Positions 1 to 10,619 of a stretch of DNA of 64,000 nucleotides are shown here, in pieces. A program made the translations under genes and the position numbers. The notes below the pieces were generated by a model. It was given only the letters and a program-made list of their open reading frames with translations, had not been told where the DNA came from and ran no database searches. Numbering within the stretch: position 1 is the stretch's first letter; each line of letters opens with the position of its first letter. The stretch comes from an uncultured candidate division WWE3 bacterium (lineage in GTDB: Bacteria; Patescibacteriota; WWE3; UBA101185; UBA10185): NCBI GenBank assembly GCA_903879985.1, contig CAIRNR010000007.1, positions 216,079 to 280,078 of the forward strand. Direction: 5' to 3'.

Positions 1-858
1 TTTGAGTTGTCTAATTCTTCTCTTAAAGCACCTGATAAAGTATTTAAGTCGATTGCTTGTAGAATTCTTTGTAAGGCTTCTGCACCAATTTCAAGTTTGG
101 CGAAGATATCTAAGTAGTCGATAAGTGAAATGTATTCGTTTTCAGAAATAACTGAGTAAAGTTCAACACTTTCAATCTTTTTCTGAATAAGTTTGTAACC
201 TTTTTCTTGTTCTTCAAACTTTTTATCAAAAGAAGTTATTACTTGTTGAATCTTTTCTCTAACTCTTAAAGATTCTTCACTTCTCTTCATTTCATCTTTT
301 TCTTTTTCAGCTGCATGAACGTCTTTATCAAATTCTTTTACTTTTGCATCAAGTTCTTTTTGGATAATGGCTTTTACTTTTTCTAAGTCTTTTTCAACGG
401 CTGATATTGCATCGGCTTTCTTTTTGTTATCAATTTCTGTAACAATGAAAGAAGCGAAGTAAACAACAGACTCAACGTTTCTTGGAGTTAAATCCAAGAG
501 TAAGGCCATCTTTGAAGGAATACCTTTAAAGAACCAAACGTGAGCAACCGGAGAAGCAAGTTTAATATGACCCATTCTTTCACGTCTTACACGGCTGTGA
601 GTTACTTCAACACCGCATTTATCGCAAACAACACCTTTGTATCTAATACCTTTGTATTTTCCGCAGTAACATTCATAGTTTTTGGAAGGTCCAAAAATTC
701 TTTCATCAAATAAACCTTCTCTTTCCGGCTTAAATGTTCTGTAGTTAATAGTCTCAGGCTTGGTTACTTCACCGTAGGACCAAGTCAACATATTCTCGGT
801 TGAGGCTAAATATATTTTTATTGCGTCAAAATCACGTAATTGGCTTATATCTTTCATA
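1..858 (-). CDS. rpoC: DNA-directed RNA polymerase subunit beta' (N-terminal part; gene continues beyond the window start)
   Basis: Minus-strand translation from ATG at 858 gives [57 protein letters not shown]...CYCGKYKG...CDKCGVEV, the beta' N-terminus with its Zn-binding Cys cluster. AGGAGG lies 8 nt upstream, inside the rpoB 3' end. Gene order is rpoB then rpoC. Confidence 0.9.
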
Positions 859-3800
859 TTATTTTTCCTCCTTAGTCGTTTCGCTTGGCGATTCGTCTAA
901 TTCACCTTGATACACTTCTTTGGCAGAATCGTCGGCTATTTCTGGTACAGCTACAGCTTCTTCTATTGCTGGTTGCTCTTCCGCTGAATATGCTTCCAAT
1001 CCTAAACCTAATCCGTTTAACTTTCTTACTAATAACTTAAATGTTTCTGGTACTGTTGATTCTGGTATTACTTTACCTTGAATCATTGCACTGTAAGCCT
1101 GTGTTCTACCTAACATATCGTCAGATTTAATGGTTAACATTTCTTTAAGTATGTGAGCTGCGCCGTAAGCTTCTAGTGCCCAAACTTCCATTTCTCCAAA
1201 TCTTTGACCACCGAATTGAGCTTTTCCTCCGAGAGGTTGCTGTGTGATCAATGAGTATGGTCCTGTAGATCTAGCGTGCATCTTTTCTTCTGACATATGA
1301 ATAAGCTTTAAGATGTAAGTATCACCTACCACGACTTCTTCGTGGAAGTAATCGCCGGTTCTACCATCGATTAACTTCATTTTTCCTGATACTGGAAGTC
1401 CTGCTTCTTTTAGTTCAACGTCAATCAATGATTCTGGAATTGCTTGTAAAGATGGAACTTCGTATGTTTTACCAAGTTTTCTTCCGGCCATTCCGAGTGA
1501 TGCTTCAAGCAATTGTCCGACGTTCATACGTGCTAAAACTGATGCTGATGAAAAGATAATATCAACAGTAGATCCATCGGCTAGCATTGGCATGTCGACT
1601 GATGGAACAATGGCTGAAATAACACCTTTGTTTCCGTGACGTCCAGCTAACTTGTCTCCTACTTCAATCTTTTTTTGTTGAGCGACGTAAACTGTAATTC
1701 TTTCAATTGTTCCTGCTGGCAATGATTCGTTGTCCTTTTTTGTAACGCGTTTAATTCCAATAACAACACCGTGCTCACCATGAGGCATGGTTAATGAAGT
1801 ATCTCTAACGTCTTTAGCTTTTTCACCGAAAATAGCTCTTAATAATCTTTCTTCTGAGGTTAAATCAACTTCACCTTTTGGAGCAACTTTTCCAACTAAG
1901 ATATCGCCTGATTTAACTTTTGATCCAACGGCAACAATTCCGTCTTCGTCTAAGTTTCTTAATGTTTCTTCTGAAACGTTTGGTATGTCTCTTGTGATTT
2001 CTTCAGGTCCTAATTTTGTTTCTTGAACTGATGTTGTGTAGTCAGAGATATGAATTGATGTTAAAACGTCGTCTTTAACTAATCTATCTGAAATGACGAT
2101 ACCATCTTCGAATTCCAAGCCACGGTAAATCATGTAAGCGACTTTCATGTTTGTTCCGATAGCCAATTCTCCGTCGTTAACAGCTGGTCCTTCAATTAAG
2201 ACATCACCTTTTTTAACTTTTTGTCCGGTTTTTACACGAACGTATTGGTTAAAACAGGTATCTGAATTTGTTTGCTGGAATTTAGCTGCACGGTATTCAA
2301 CTTTATTCTTTGGTCCGTATTTAACAACAACTTTTGTAGCGTCTGCAAAATCAATTTCACCATCTTCTTCAGCACTAATTAAAGCGTTTGTGTTTCTGGC
2401 GATATCGTTTTCAATACCTGTTCCAACTAATGGTCTTTGTGGTTTTACCAAAGGAACTGCTTGAGACATTTGTTGAGTACCCATCAAAGCACGAGCAATA
2501 TCGTTGTTTTGTAAGAAAGGAATAAGTCCTGCGGCAATACCTACGACCTGTCTTGGAACAACTTCCATGTACTCGGCAACAGAAGGATCTCCTAAGAAGA
2601 AACTTCCGGCTTTTCTAACAGGAACTAATGTATCTGAGATGTAACCATTTGCATCAATGTTTATTGATTGGTCGGTAATGTGAACGTTTTCTTCTTCGTA
2701 AGCTGCTAAATATACAACTTCGTCGGTAACTTTGATTCTTCCGTCAGCTTCTTTTTCGAGTTTAATGTAAGGAGTTTCCAAGAATCCATAATTGTTTACT
2801 TTAGCGTACATAGCTAAGTAGTTAATAAGTCCGATGTTTGGTCCTTCTGGGGTTCTAACTGGGCATACGCGTCCAAATGAAGAGTAGTGAACGTCTCGAA
2901 CTGAGAAACTTGCTCTTTCTTTGGTTAAACCACCAGGTCCTAATACTGATAATCTTCTTAAGTGATCAAGTGCGGTTAATGGATTTTGTTGATCGTGCAA
3001 TTGAGATAACTGTCCTGTTGCGAAGAAACTGTGAACAGCAGCGGCAATAGCTCTTGGTGAAATCAAAACTGATGGTTCGGGTAATATATCTCGTGGAGAC
3101 AAACTCATTCTTTCTTTAACATTCTTTTCCATTCTTAAAAAGCCAATTCTCATTTGCCATTGTAATAATTCACCCATACTCTTAACTCTTCGATTGCCCA
3201 AAAAGTCTACGTCACTTGGTGAACCAATACCGTTATTTAATTCGATTATTCTGGAAACAATCTTTAACAAATCATCCAATTGCAATAATCTATGATCTGC
3301 ATCATTTGTAATATTTAAACCTAATGTTTGGTTAAGTTTAAAACGACCTACAGAACCCATACTAAAACGTCTCTTGTTAAAGAACATGGCGTTTATTAAG
3401 GCTCTAGCGTTTTCTAAGACCAAAGGCTCGCCTGGTCTCATTTTTCTGTATATTTCTAAACAAGCTTCTTCGTAAGAAGATGCTGGATCTTTAGCTAATG
3501 TGGAATCAATGTAATTTACTTCTGGATTTGTTTCAACGCCTGTAAAGGCTTTACGTATTTCGTCGTCGGTATCAAGTCCGAATACTCTTAATATAGTTGT
3601 TGCTGTGATTTTTCGTTTACGGTCAATTCTTACACTAACGACACCATTTCTTGAGGTTTCGAATTCCAACCAGACACCACTTCTTGGCAAAACTTTAGCA
3701 CCTGCTAAAAATTGTCCTGTAACAGGAGATGGTTCTCCGGTGAATAAAACACCTTCTGATCGAATAAGCTGATTTACAATTGTTCTTTCAACACCACTAA

Positions 3801-4146
3801 TTACAAAGGTACCGCGTGCGGTCATCAATGGGATATCGCCCATATAAATTTGCTGAGCTTTCTTTTTCTTTAATATTGGGTCTTCAATGGTAGCTTTTAC
3901 GTACCAAGGAGCATCATAGTTTCGACCGGTTCTTTTGGCGTCCTCTATGGTTAAATTAGCAGCGTCGATTGTTGGATCGGATAAAGTTAAGACCCATCCT
4001 CGACCGGAGTTATCTTCGATAACACCTAATTCATCCAAAATTTCCTTTAGACCTTCATTTTTTAGCCACTCGAAGGAGTCTTTTTGGATAGCAACTAAAT
4101 CTGGTAGTGGTAATATTATTTTTCTTTTTGAAAAACTTTGTCTCAT
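859..4146 (-). CDS. rpoB: DNA-directed RNA polymerase subunit beta
   Basis: 1095-aa ORF with unmistakable RpoB conserved blocks (GDIPLMT, FFGTSQLSQFMDQ-like region, NMQRQAVPL-like, [19 protein letters not shown]). Confidence 0.97.
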   Translation of the reverse strand: MRQSFSKRKIILPLPDLVAIQKDSFEWLKNEGLKEILDELGVIEDNSGRGWVLTLSDPTIDAANLTIEDAKRTGRNYDAPWYVKATIEDPILKKKKAQQIYMGDIPLMTARGTFVISGVERTIVNQLIRSEGVLFTGEPSPVTGQFLAGAKVLPRSGVWLEFETSRNGVVSVRIDRKRKITATTILRVFGLDTDDEIRKAFTGVETNPEVNYIDSTLAKDPASSYEEACLEIYRKMRPGEPLVLENARALINAMFFNKRRFSMGSVGRFKLNQTLGLNITNDADHRLLQLDDLLKIVSRIIELNNGIGSPSDVDFLGNRRVKSMGELLQWQMRIGFLRMEKNVKERMSLSPRDILPEPSVLISPRAIAAAVHSFFATGQLSQLHDQQNPLTALDHLRRLSVLGPGGLTKERASFSVRDVHYSSFGRVCPVRTPEGPNIGLINYLAMYAKVNNYGFLETPYIKLEKEADGRIKVTDEVVYLAAYEEENVHITDQSINIDANGYISDTLVPVRKAGSFFLGDPSVAEYMEVVPRQVVGIAAGLIPFLQNNDIARALMGTQQMSQAVPLVKPQRPLVGTGIENDIARNTNALISAEEDGEIDFADATKVVVKYGPKNKVEYRAAKFQQTNSDTCFNQYVRVKTGQKVKKGDVLIEGPAVNDGELAIGTNMKVAYMIYRGLEFEDGIVISDRLVKDDVLTSIHISDYTTSVQETKLGPEEITRDIPNVSEETLRNLDEDGIVAVGSKVKSGDILVGKVAPKGEVDLTSEERLLRAIFGEKAKDVRDTSLTMPHGEHGVVIGIKRVTKKDNESLPAGTIERITVYVAQQKKIEVGDKLAGRHGNKGVISAIVPSVDMPMLADGSTVDIIFSSASVLARMNVGQLLEASLGMAGRKLGKTYEVPSLQAIPESLIDVELKEAGLPVSGKMKLIDGRTGDYFHEEVVVGDTYILKLIHMSEEKMHARSTGPYSLITQQPLGGKAQFGGQRFGEMEVWALEAYGAAHILKEMLTIKSDDMLGRTQAYSAMIQGKVIPESTVPETFKLLVRKLNGLGLGLEAYSAEEQPAIEEAVAVPEIADDSAKEVYQGELDESPSETTKEEK

Positions 4147-4275
4147 TAAATAATTCCTAAAAATGTGTGTGTTGAAAAATTAAATCACCCTTGCAAGATG
4201 GCTGCACTAAAGGCTAGCACTGGGCGAAATAATCGTTTTCCAACAACCTTAAATACAACGAAGCGCTAACCATAT

Positions 4276-4301
4276 AAAAAAATTTCAAGGCACGAAATGC
4301 C
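4276..4301 (-). terminator. Weak intrinsic terminator downstream of lepB (GGCA-loop-TGCC followed by a T-run on the minus strand)
   Basis: The inverted repeat ggcacgaaatgcc is followed on the minus strand by ttgaaattttttt. It sits in the 240-nt lepB-rpoB intergenic region. Confidence 0.3.
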
Positions 4302-4386
4302 CTATTATTCATTATATACTATTAGCGTAAGGACAAGCCGAAAAGTAACATAATTATAAAGCACTGTCAAGGTTTAGTACATATCC

Positions 4387-4932
4387 TCAGTGTATAAAAC
4401 CTAGTTTATCGAGTGGCCAAAATATAAATACAACCCTGCCGACCACCTCTTTTGCTTGTATAACGCCAAAAAACCTAGAGTCTAAGGAAAAGGGTCTATT
4501 ATCCCCAAAAACTAAGTATTGGCCATCCTCAATCTTTAAAGCCCGACCTTCCTTAATAATAGAACCACCATTAGTACAAATATCAGTAGGAAGGTAAGTC
4601 TCCTGAAGCTCGTACTTTTGATTATCTCGGGAAATGTACACGTGGCAGTTGAATACCTCTATTATATCTCCCGGCATCCCAACAATTCTCTTTATATAAT
4701 GTTTGTCAGGTTCATTAGGTGGAATTAATACTACTACATCTCCTCGTTTAAGTGGTGAAACAATTGGAGATATTTTATCAACAAGTATTCTTTCGCCGGT
4801 ATAAAAGTTAGGCTCCATACTTGCGCCCCAAACAACTTCAACAGATCCAACAAACATATAAATCATGAAGATTACAATGAGTGAAGTAACAAAAGTCTCG
4901 AATAATTCAAAAAAATATGATTTCATTTTCAT
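4387..4932 (-). CDS. lepB: Signal peptidase I (S26A, LepB)
   Basis: N-terminal TM helix. Catalytic Ser box GASMEPNF, Lys box (KRIVGMPGD) and GDNRPFSLDSR box are present. Confidence 0.85.
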   Translation of the reverse strand: MKMKSYFFELFETFVTSLIVIFMIYMFVGSVEVVWGASMEPNFYTGERILVDKISPIVSPLKRGDVVVLIPPNEPDKHYIKRIVGMPGDIIEVFNCHVYISRDNQKYELQETYLPTDICTNGGSIIKEGRALKIEDGQYLVFGDNRPFSLDSRFFGVIQAKEVVGRVVFIFWPLDKLGFIH

Positions 4933-4965
4933 AACGTATATATAAGATATAATATCGGAATCGAT

Positions 4966-6603
4966 ATGTCCAAGAAAAAACGAATTAAATCAATACAAAC
5001 CGAAAATATAAATGAAACGGGAAAAACAATAACTACTTCTGTAGGTTTGAAAGTTCCACAAAACTTTAAACAATTTTTCAAATTAATCCAAGAAAATCTA
5101 CTTGTTTATATATTAATGTTGGTAGGTTCGGCTTTGGTTTACATGCAATTGCTTCACGCAGGGTTTTTAAACCTCGACGATTATCAAGGTATAGTGGCTA
5201 ACCCTGTAATAAAAGACTTTAGTCAGGTAATTAAGTTAGTCTCCATCTGGCACCTTCACTTAGCAGTTATATTTGCAATATTTAAACTTAACGCCGGCGG
5301 ATATCATTTGTCCTTAATAATATTTCATTCACTTAACGTATTTCTTTTCTTTTTACTAACATATGTGTTGTTCGGCAGAAAGACTTCACTAATATCGTCT
5401 TTTTTGTTTTTGGTTCACCCACTTGCCTCAGAAGCTGTGTGTTGGTTATCAGGTGGAATTTATTTGTTCACAACATTGTTCACAATCTTTCCGGTTTTAA
5501 TGTACGTCTTATTTAGAAAATCCGGAAATAAAAGTTTTTTTATTGTAGGAGTGATTTCTTTTAGCGTTACTTTAATTATTCATCACGTGCCGTGGCTTTT
5601 AACCACACCATTTTTGATAGTAGTTATTGATCAGCTTATTTTGGAAAAGAAATATCAATTAAAAAATATTAAATACTACATTCCATTTCTTGTTGGTGGT
5701 TTCGCGTACGCCGCAGTATTTGTTTATCAAAATTACTTCGCGCGAGTTGTTGCCTTAAAAACTGATTACTACTTTGATCCTACAAAACCAACACCAGTCC
5801 TAAATCGATTACCATACATTGTTTATATGGTCGCTGACCTATTGGTCTACCCAAAGGACTTAACGATTTATCACGAAGGAAACATTATTTCCCCTTCTCT
5901 ATACGCCACCATGATTGGAGTAACAGTAGCACTTATTATTGCTTGGATAATTGTTTATAAAAAGAATCGCGTTCTAGCAGCAGTATTTTTATTAATGCCC
6001 ATAACAATGTTGCCATCTTTCAGTCCGGTGGCCATTGCGTGGTTTGTTGCCGAAAGATACTTATATATAACAACCGCGTTCTTCTGCATAGCACTTGGTT
6101 ATTTACTAAACAAATTGCCTACTAAAGTAGCAGTAGGAATAACAATAGTACTAGTGGCAATATATGGAACCAGAACTTTCTATAGAACAAACGATTTTAT
6201 ATCCAGTAAAAACTTATGGCTAGCAACAATGAAAACGTCACCAAGAAGTTACCGCGTGTACAACAACCTAGGAGATGTATATTCCGAAGAAGGCGACTAT
6301 CAAAACGCGATAGAAATGTTTAAGAAGTCTGTAGAGTTATTCCCACAATACGCTGATGCCGTGCACAACATTGGTTTTACTTACATGGAGATGGGAGATA
6401 TGGTCCAAGGAGAAAAATATTTGAAACAAGCTCTTCAAATGAATCCAAGATTATTTGGTGCCAGTTACAAGCTTGGTGTTCTGGAATATCAAAGAAAAAA
6501 CTACGCGCAAGCCCGCCAATATTTTATGCAAACTTTAGCTATAGATCCGGGAAATGTTGATACTCTAAATGCAATAAGAAGTATGGATGCTGCGGGATAT
6601 TAA
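4966..6603 (+). CDS. Polytopic membrane protein with C-terminal TPR repeats (GT-C/PMT-like glycosyltransferase-type architecture)
   Basis: About 10 predicted TM helices are followed by 3-4 TPR-like repeats (YNNLGDVYSEEGDYQNAIEMFKKSVEL...). The fold is recognised by architecture only. Confidence 0.45.
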   Translation: MSKKKRIKSIQTENINETGKTITTSVGLKVPQNFKQFFKLIQENLLVYILMLVGSALVYMQLLHAGFLNLDDYQGIVANPVIKDFSQVIKLVSIWHLHLAVIFAIFKLNAGGYHLSLIIFHSLNVFLFFLLTYVLFGRKTSLISSFLFLVHPLASEAVCWLSGGIYLFTTLFTIFPVLMYVLFRKSGNKSFFIVGVISFSVTLIIHHVPWLLTTPFLIVVIDQLILEKKYQLKNIKYYIPFLVGGFAYAAVFVYQNYFARVVALKTDYYFDPTKPTPVLNRLPYIVYMVADLLVYPKDLTIYHEGNIISPSLYATMIGVTVALIIAWIIVYKKNRVLAAVFLLMPITMLPSFSPVAIAWFVAERYLYITTAFFCIALGYLLNKLPTKVAVGITIVLVAIYGTRTFYRTNDFISSKNLWLATMKTSPRSYRVYNNLGDVYSEEGDYQNAIEMFKKSVELFPQYADAVHNIGFTYMEMGDMVQGEKYLKQALQMNPRLFGASYKLGVLEYQRKNYAQARQYFMQTLAIDPGNVDTLNAIRSMDAAGY

Positions 6604-6604
6604 C

Positions 6605-7543
6605 TTAGTTCTTTACGAATCTAGCAATAAAAAATCCAGCGTAATATTGATTTGGTAATACGCGCAAAGCTTTTATTAAAGTCTCGCCAAACTCTTTTTC
6701 CTTCCAATGTGTAAATCCGGTAACAAAATTCTTTTCGGGAAAGTTAATGGTTTCAAGCTGAACTTCCGGAAAATGTTTTAACGCCCATTCAATAACCTGC
6801 TCGTTCTCTTCAAGGCTGTATGTACAAGTAGAATAAATTAATTCCCCACCACGTTTTAACATCTTAATTCCTGTGGCTAGTAACTTTTTTTGCAATTGGG
6901 AGAGTTTTTTGGGAAGCTTAGGATTCCAAAATTTAAAATCAAAGTTTTCAATATCTCGTATGTTTCCCTCATTAGAACAGGGCACGTCCACCAAAACTTT
7001 ATCAAAATATTCCAAAAGGTCCGGTCGAATATTTACAAGCGCTGCAGCATTAGCTTTTATTGTTTGAATATTTTCAAGTCCGTAGTTGGCAAAGGTTTTC
7101 TTCATAAAGTTAAAGCGATTTGAGTTTGTTTCAACCGCAAAGATTTCCGCTTTTCCTTCAGCCATGATTCCTATTTGAGTAGTTTTACTGCCGGGGGCCG
7201 CGCATAAATCTAATATTTTTTCGTTTGGTTTTGGATTTAAAACAACGGCGTCGAGCATACTGGATAATCCCTGAATATATAAAATGTGTTCGTCGACCAA
7301 ACTTGTTTGTGAAACTTTTTTCTCTGGTGAAGAAAAGTTTATGTAACTGTTTGTAAAGGGACCGGGTTTAATTTCAAATCCCAAATCTGCGAGTTTTTTA
7401 AGTATTTCGTCAGATGAATTTGCGAGTGTGTTTATTCGGAAGGTTTCAAAGCGCGTTCCCAACGAAAGTATATCTTCATTTGGATAAATTTCTTTAACCT
7501 TGGATATAAATAAATCTTTTTTATTTGCAGTGTCCTTCTTCAT
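6605..7543 (-). CDS. rRNA (cytosine-C5) methyltransferase, NOL1/NOP2/Sun (RsmB/RsmF) family
   Basis: SAM-binding motif DLCAAPGSKT and catalytic DVPCS...TCS cysteines. The longest ORF (to 7651) would overlap the secA 3' end by 100 nt. In-frame ATGs at 7567 and 7543 are more plausible starts, and 7543 lies 7 nt after the secA stop. Confidence 0.75.
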   Translation of the reverse strand: MKKDTANKKDLFISKVKEIYPNEDILSLGTRFETFRINTLANSSDEILKKLADLGFEIKPGPFTNSYINFSSPEKKVSQTSLVDEHILYIQGLSSMLDAVVLNPKPNEKILDLCAAPGSKTTQIGIMAEGKAEIFAVETNSNRFNFMKKTFANYGLENIQTIKANAAALVNIRPDLLEYFDKVLVDVPCSNEGNIRDIENFDFKFWNPKLPKKLSQLQKKLLATGIKMLKRGGELIYSTCTYSLEENEQVIEWALKHFPEVQLETINFPEKNFVTGFTHWKEKEFGETLIKALRVLPNQYYAGFFIARFVKN

Positions 7544-7550
7544 TTGGGTA

Positions 7551-10088
7551 TTAGGAGTTTGCTCCATGACAGTTTTTGTACTTCTTACCACTGCCGCAAG
7601 GACATGGATCATTACGACCAATCTTTTCTTTTCCTGAAACAATCTGTTCAACCTTTATCTGGCGCCCCATTGTATCTACCGCAACTGCCTTTGCTTCTTC
7701 TGCAACGCCAGTTTCTATTTCGCCATGTTGATAAGTAACATTTCGTTTTTGTAATGGTTTTGGCGCAACCGGTTCAATCTCTTTAGATACGCGTGACAAC
7801 CTCTGACCAATTTCCGCATAAATTTGAGCAACCAATATTCCAAATCTTTCGTGACCTTCCTTTTTATATTCAACCATTGGATCTCGTTGAGCATAACCAC
7901 GTAAACCAATTCCCTGTCTAACTTGGTCCATGTCTACTAAATGATCCATCCACATAACATCAACTACAGGCAAACTTAAATAAGCGGCTATTTGATACCA
8001 ATTTTCTTTTCCAAACTCTTTTACTTTTGAATCCCAAGTTTCTTGACTAAAAGCTTGGTATTCTTCGAGCTTACTTACAAGCCATAAAGCCATTTCGTCA
8101 TCACCACTTTGAAGTTCCAGTAGTTTGCGTCGTAATTTATAAACAACACCTCGGTGAATATTTATAACGTCGTCCATTTCCACAACTTGCTTACGTTGAT
8201 CAAAATTCATTCCTTCAACTTTTTTTTGAGCGTTTTCAATTGCGCGCGAAACGATTCCGGCTTCTAGTGGAATACTTTCATCAATACCAAAACGATCCAT
8301 GATTCTCTGAACCTGCTCACCACCAAATATGCGCATCAAGTCATCTTGTAACGAAATAAAGAATCTGGACTCACCTGGGTCACCCTGTCGTCCAGCACGA
8401 CCTCGTAATTGGTTGTCTACTCGACGGGATTCATGACGTTCGGTACCTACAACAAAGAGTCCACCAAGTTCTTTTACCTGCGCTTGCTCACCTTCAACAG
8501 CAGGATCGCCACCCAACAAAATATCAACTCCACGACCTGCCATATTTGTTGAAATGGTAACTGCGCCTTTTCTACCGGCCTGTGCAATTATTAATGCTTC
8601 CCTTTCGTGGTTTTTAGCGTTTAGGATTTCATGAGGAATTTTTCTTCTCTGCAAAAGCTCGTGCAATAGTTCACTTTTTTCAACTGAAGTTGTACCAACC
8701 AAGACCGGTTGATTATTTTTATGTCGCTCGGCAATTTCATCGGCAACGGCTCTAAACTTTGAAGCTTCAGTTTTATAAACAACATCGTTAAGATCTTTTC
8801 TGATGTTAGGCTGATGAGTTGGTAAAACGACAACATCTAATTTGTAAATCTTGAAAAATTCTTCGGCTTCGGTGATAGCGGTTCCGGTCATACCTGCTAG
8901 CTTTTTATACATTCTAAAATAATTTTGATATGAAATTTCGGCTAATGTTTTTGACTCATCCTGAATTTTTACACCTTCTTTTGCTTCAATAGCCTGGTGT
9001 AATCCGTGTGAAAATCTATTGTTCTGTAACAATCGTCCGGTAAATTGATCAACGATTATTACCTGACCATCTTTAACAACGTAATCTCTATCTTTTTCGT
9101 ATAAGGCACGTGCTGTTAAAGCTTGCTCAAGCAAGTGAACCATTTCAAAATCCTGCTCATATAAATTGCTAACACCAACTAATCTTTCTACACGGCGAAT
9201 TCCTAAGTCAGTTAAGGTTACATTTCTAAACTTTTCCTCAACTTCGTAATCGCTACCTTTTGCCAATGACTTTACAATTTTGTCTGCCTCAAAATAACGA
9301 TCACTTGGCTTGGTATCAGCAGTAGAAATTATTAATGGAGTTCTGGCAACGTCAATTAAAATAGAGTCAACTTCGTCAACAATTCCAAAGTTGTGAATTC
9401 CCCAAGTACCGTTTGGATTCGTCTGAACCATTTCCTGCAAACTTCGTGCCATATTGTCGCGCAAGTAGTCAAAGCCAAATTCATGGTTTGTTCCGTATAC
9501 AACATCACATTGATAAGCTTGTTGACGCGCTACTTCTTTCATGTGAATAGCGTAGGTATCGCCAAACTCTTTTCCCTCGTAAGTTGGATCATAAATAAAA
9601 GCGCGTTCCTGCATAACAACTCCAACGCGTAATCCTAAATAGTCGTAAACCGGACCCATCCAGCCGGCACCATGACGTGATAAGTAATCATTTGGAGTTA
9701 TTAAGTGAACACCGCGACCTGTTAAGGAATTTAAATATAAAGGTAATGTAGCAGTTAAAGTTTTTCCTTCTCCTGTTTTTTGTTCAGCAATTTTTCCTTC
9801 GTGTAAAACAACTCCCGCCATTAATTGAACATCAAAGTGGCGCATGTTTAGTGTTCTTTTGCCGGCTTCTCTAACAAGTGCAAAAGCTTTTGGAAGTATT
9901 TCGTTTAAATAGTTTTGTTGGGCTTCATCATCTAATGTTTTAAGCTCTTGTTGCCATTTTGTTGTTTGAGCTTTCATTTGTTCTTGAGTTAATTTTGAGA
10001 TCTCCTCTTCAAATGAATTTATTTTTAGAACAATAGGTCGTATTTTATTAAGTTGTTTTTCGTTTGAATCAAACAAGAATTTGAACAT
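7551..10088 (-). CDS. secA: Preprotein translocase ATPase SecA
   Basis: 845 aa. DEAD-like motor motifs and the C-terminal Zn finger CPCGSGKKYKNCHG are present. Confidence 0.97.
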   Translation of the reverse strand: MFKFLFDSNEKQLNKIRPIVLKINSFEEEISKLTQEQMKAQTTKWQQELKTLDDEAQQNYLNEILPKAFALVREAGKRTLNMRHFDVQLMAGVVLHEGKIAEQKTGEGKTLTATLPLYLNSLTGRGVHLITPNDYLSRHGAGWMGPVYDYLGLRVGVVMQERAFIYDPTYEGKEFGDTYAIHMKEVARQQAYQCDVVYGTNHEFGFDYLRDNMARSLQEMVQTNPNGTWGIHNFGIVDEVDSILIDVARTPLIISTADTKPSDRYFEADKIVKSLAKGSDYEVEEKFRNVTLTDLGIRRVERLVGVSNLYEQDFEMVHLLEQALTARALYEKDRDYVVKDGQVIIVDQFTGRLLQNNRFSHGLHQAIEAKEGVKIQDESKTLAEISYQNYFRMYKKLAGMTGTAITEAEEFFKIYKLDVVVLPTHQPNIRKDLNDVVYKTEASKFRAVADEIAERHKNNQPVLVGTTSVEKSELLHELLQRRKIPHEILNAKNHEREALIIAQAGRKGAVTISTNMAGRGVDILLGGDPAVEGEQAQVKELGGLFVVGTERHESRRVDNQLRGRAGRQGDPGESRFFISLQDDLMRIFGGEQVQRIMDRFGIDESIPLEAGIVSRAIENAQKKVEGMNFDQRKQVVEMDDVINIHRGVVYKLRRKLLELQSGDDEMALWLVSKLEEYQAFSQETWDSKVKEFGKENWYQIAAYLSLPVVDVMWMDHLVDMDQVRQGIGLRGYAQRDPMVEYKKEGHERFGILVAQIYAEIGQRLSRVSKEIEPVAPKPLQKRNVTYQHGEIETGVAEEAKAVAVDTMGRQIKVEQIVSGKEKIGRNDPCPCGSGKKYKNCHGANS

Positions 10089-10183
10089 AACGTTTTGATT
10101 TTATCACACATGTAAGGCTTTTTTTAGCAAGCACATTGTGCTATAAGTTAAAGACAAATCTAAAGTATCAGGAGGAAAGAGAT

Positions 10184-10552
10184 ATGCCGTATCCAACTAA
10201 AACAGGCTATGCGGAAACACTGGCAAAACTAACAGCTGTTGCTACGCCGAGACTAAGTTTGGAAGAAAATGCAAAACTGTTATGTGCGCAACTCAAGACC
10301 GACTTAGCAAATCTTAAGCTTAAAAAAGAAGACGCTGAGTTGGTTAGAGCACTGGTGGAGAAAAAGTTTGCTGAACATTGGCAAGATTTAACTGAAACCA
10401 AGGTGGTACAGAATATTCCACCAACTCAAGTGCATCTTGAACTTGTTATGCTCGGGCATCAGGCTGGCGAAGTGGTATACGCACTCACGATCATTAAAAA
10501 ATCAAAAACATGTGTCATCGGTTATTTAGAATGCTACCCAACCGGGCACTAA
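10184..10552 (+). CDS. Hypothetical protein (123 aa from the ATG preceded by GGAGGAAAGAGAT)
   Basis: A strong SD, caggaggaaagagat, precedes the ATG at 10184. The longer ORF from 10136 lacks an RBS. No recognisable domain. Confidence 0.5.
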   Translation: MPYPTKTGYAETLAKLTAVATPRLSLEENAKLLCAQLKTDLANLKLKKEDAELVRALVEKKFAEHWQDLTETKVVQNIPPTQVHLELVMLGHQAGEVVYALTIIKKSKTCVIGYLECYPTGH

Positions 10553-10580
10553 CAAAAATTTTCCCTCGGGAATAAAAACA

Positions 10581-10619
10581 GGCACCCCCGTATCAACTTA
10601 CTCGGGTGCCACTTTTTTT
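10581..10619. terminator. Bidirectional intrinsic terminator between convergent genes
   Basis: 7-bp GC-rich stem ggcaccc/gggtgcc with a 16-nt loop. It is flanked by an A-run upstream and acttttttt downstream, so it is T-rich on both strands. Confidence 0.6.

Noticed and set aside
1787-4153. Plus-strand ORFs of 72-105 aa inside rpoB (1787-2026, 2147-2464, 3935-4153)
   Set aside because: They are antisense to a strongly supported RpoB frame and are low-complexity with no RBS. They are typical shadow ORFs.
4966-6603. Calling the TPR membrane protein an O-antigen ligase or a specific PMT/ArnT enzyme
   Set aside because: Only the architecture (polytopic N-terminus plus C-terminal TPR) is recognisable. 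No diagnostic catalytic motif could be verified by eye.
6605-7651. Long form of the rsmB-like methyltransferase starting at 7651
   Set aside because: It would overlap the secA C-terminal coding region by 100 nt. In-frame ATGs at 7567 and 7543 give a normal N-terminus, so the longest ORF is not the most plausible start.
10136-10183. N-terminal 16 codons of the 138-aa ORF (MCYKLKTNLKYQEERD)
   Set aside because: A strong SD, GGAGGAAAGAGAT, directly precedes the internal ATG at 10184. The upstream ATG has none.
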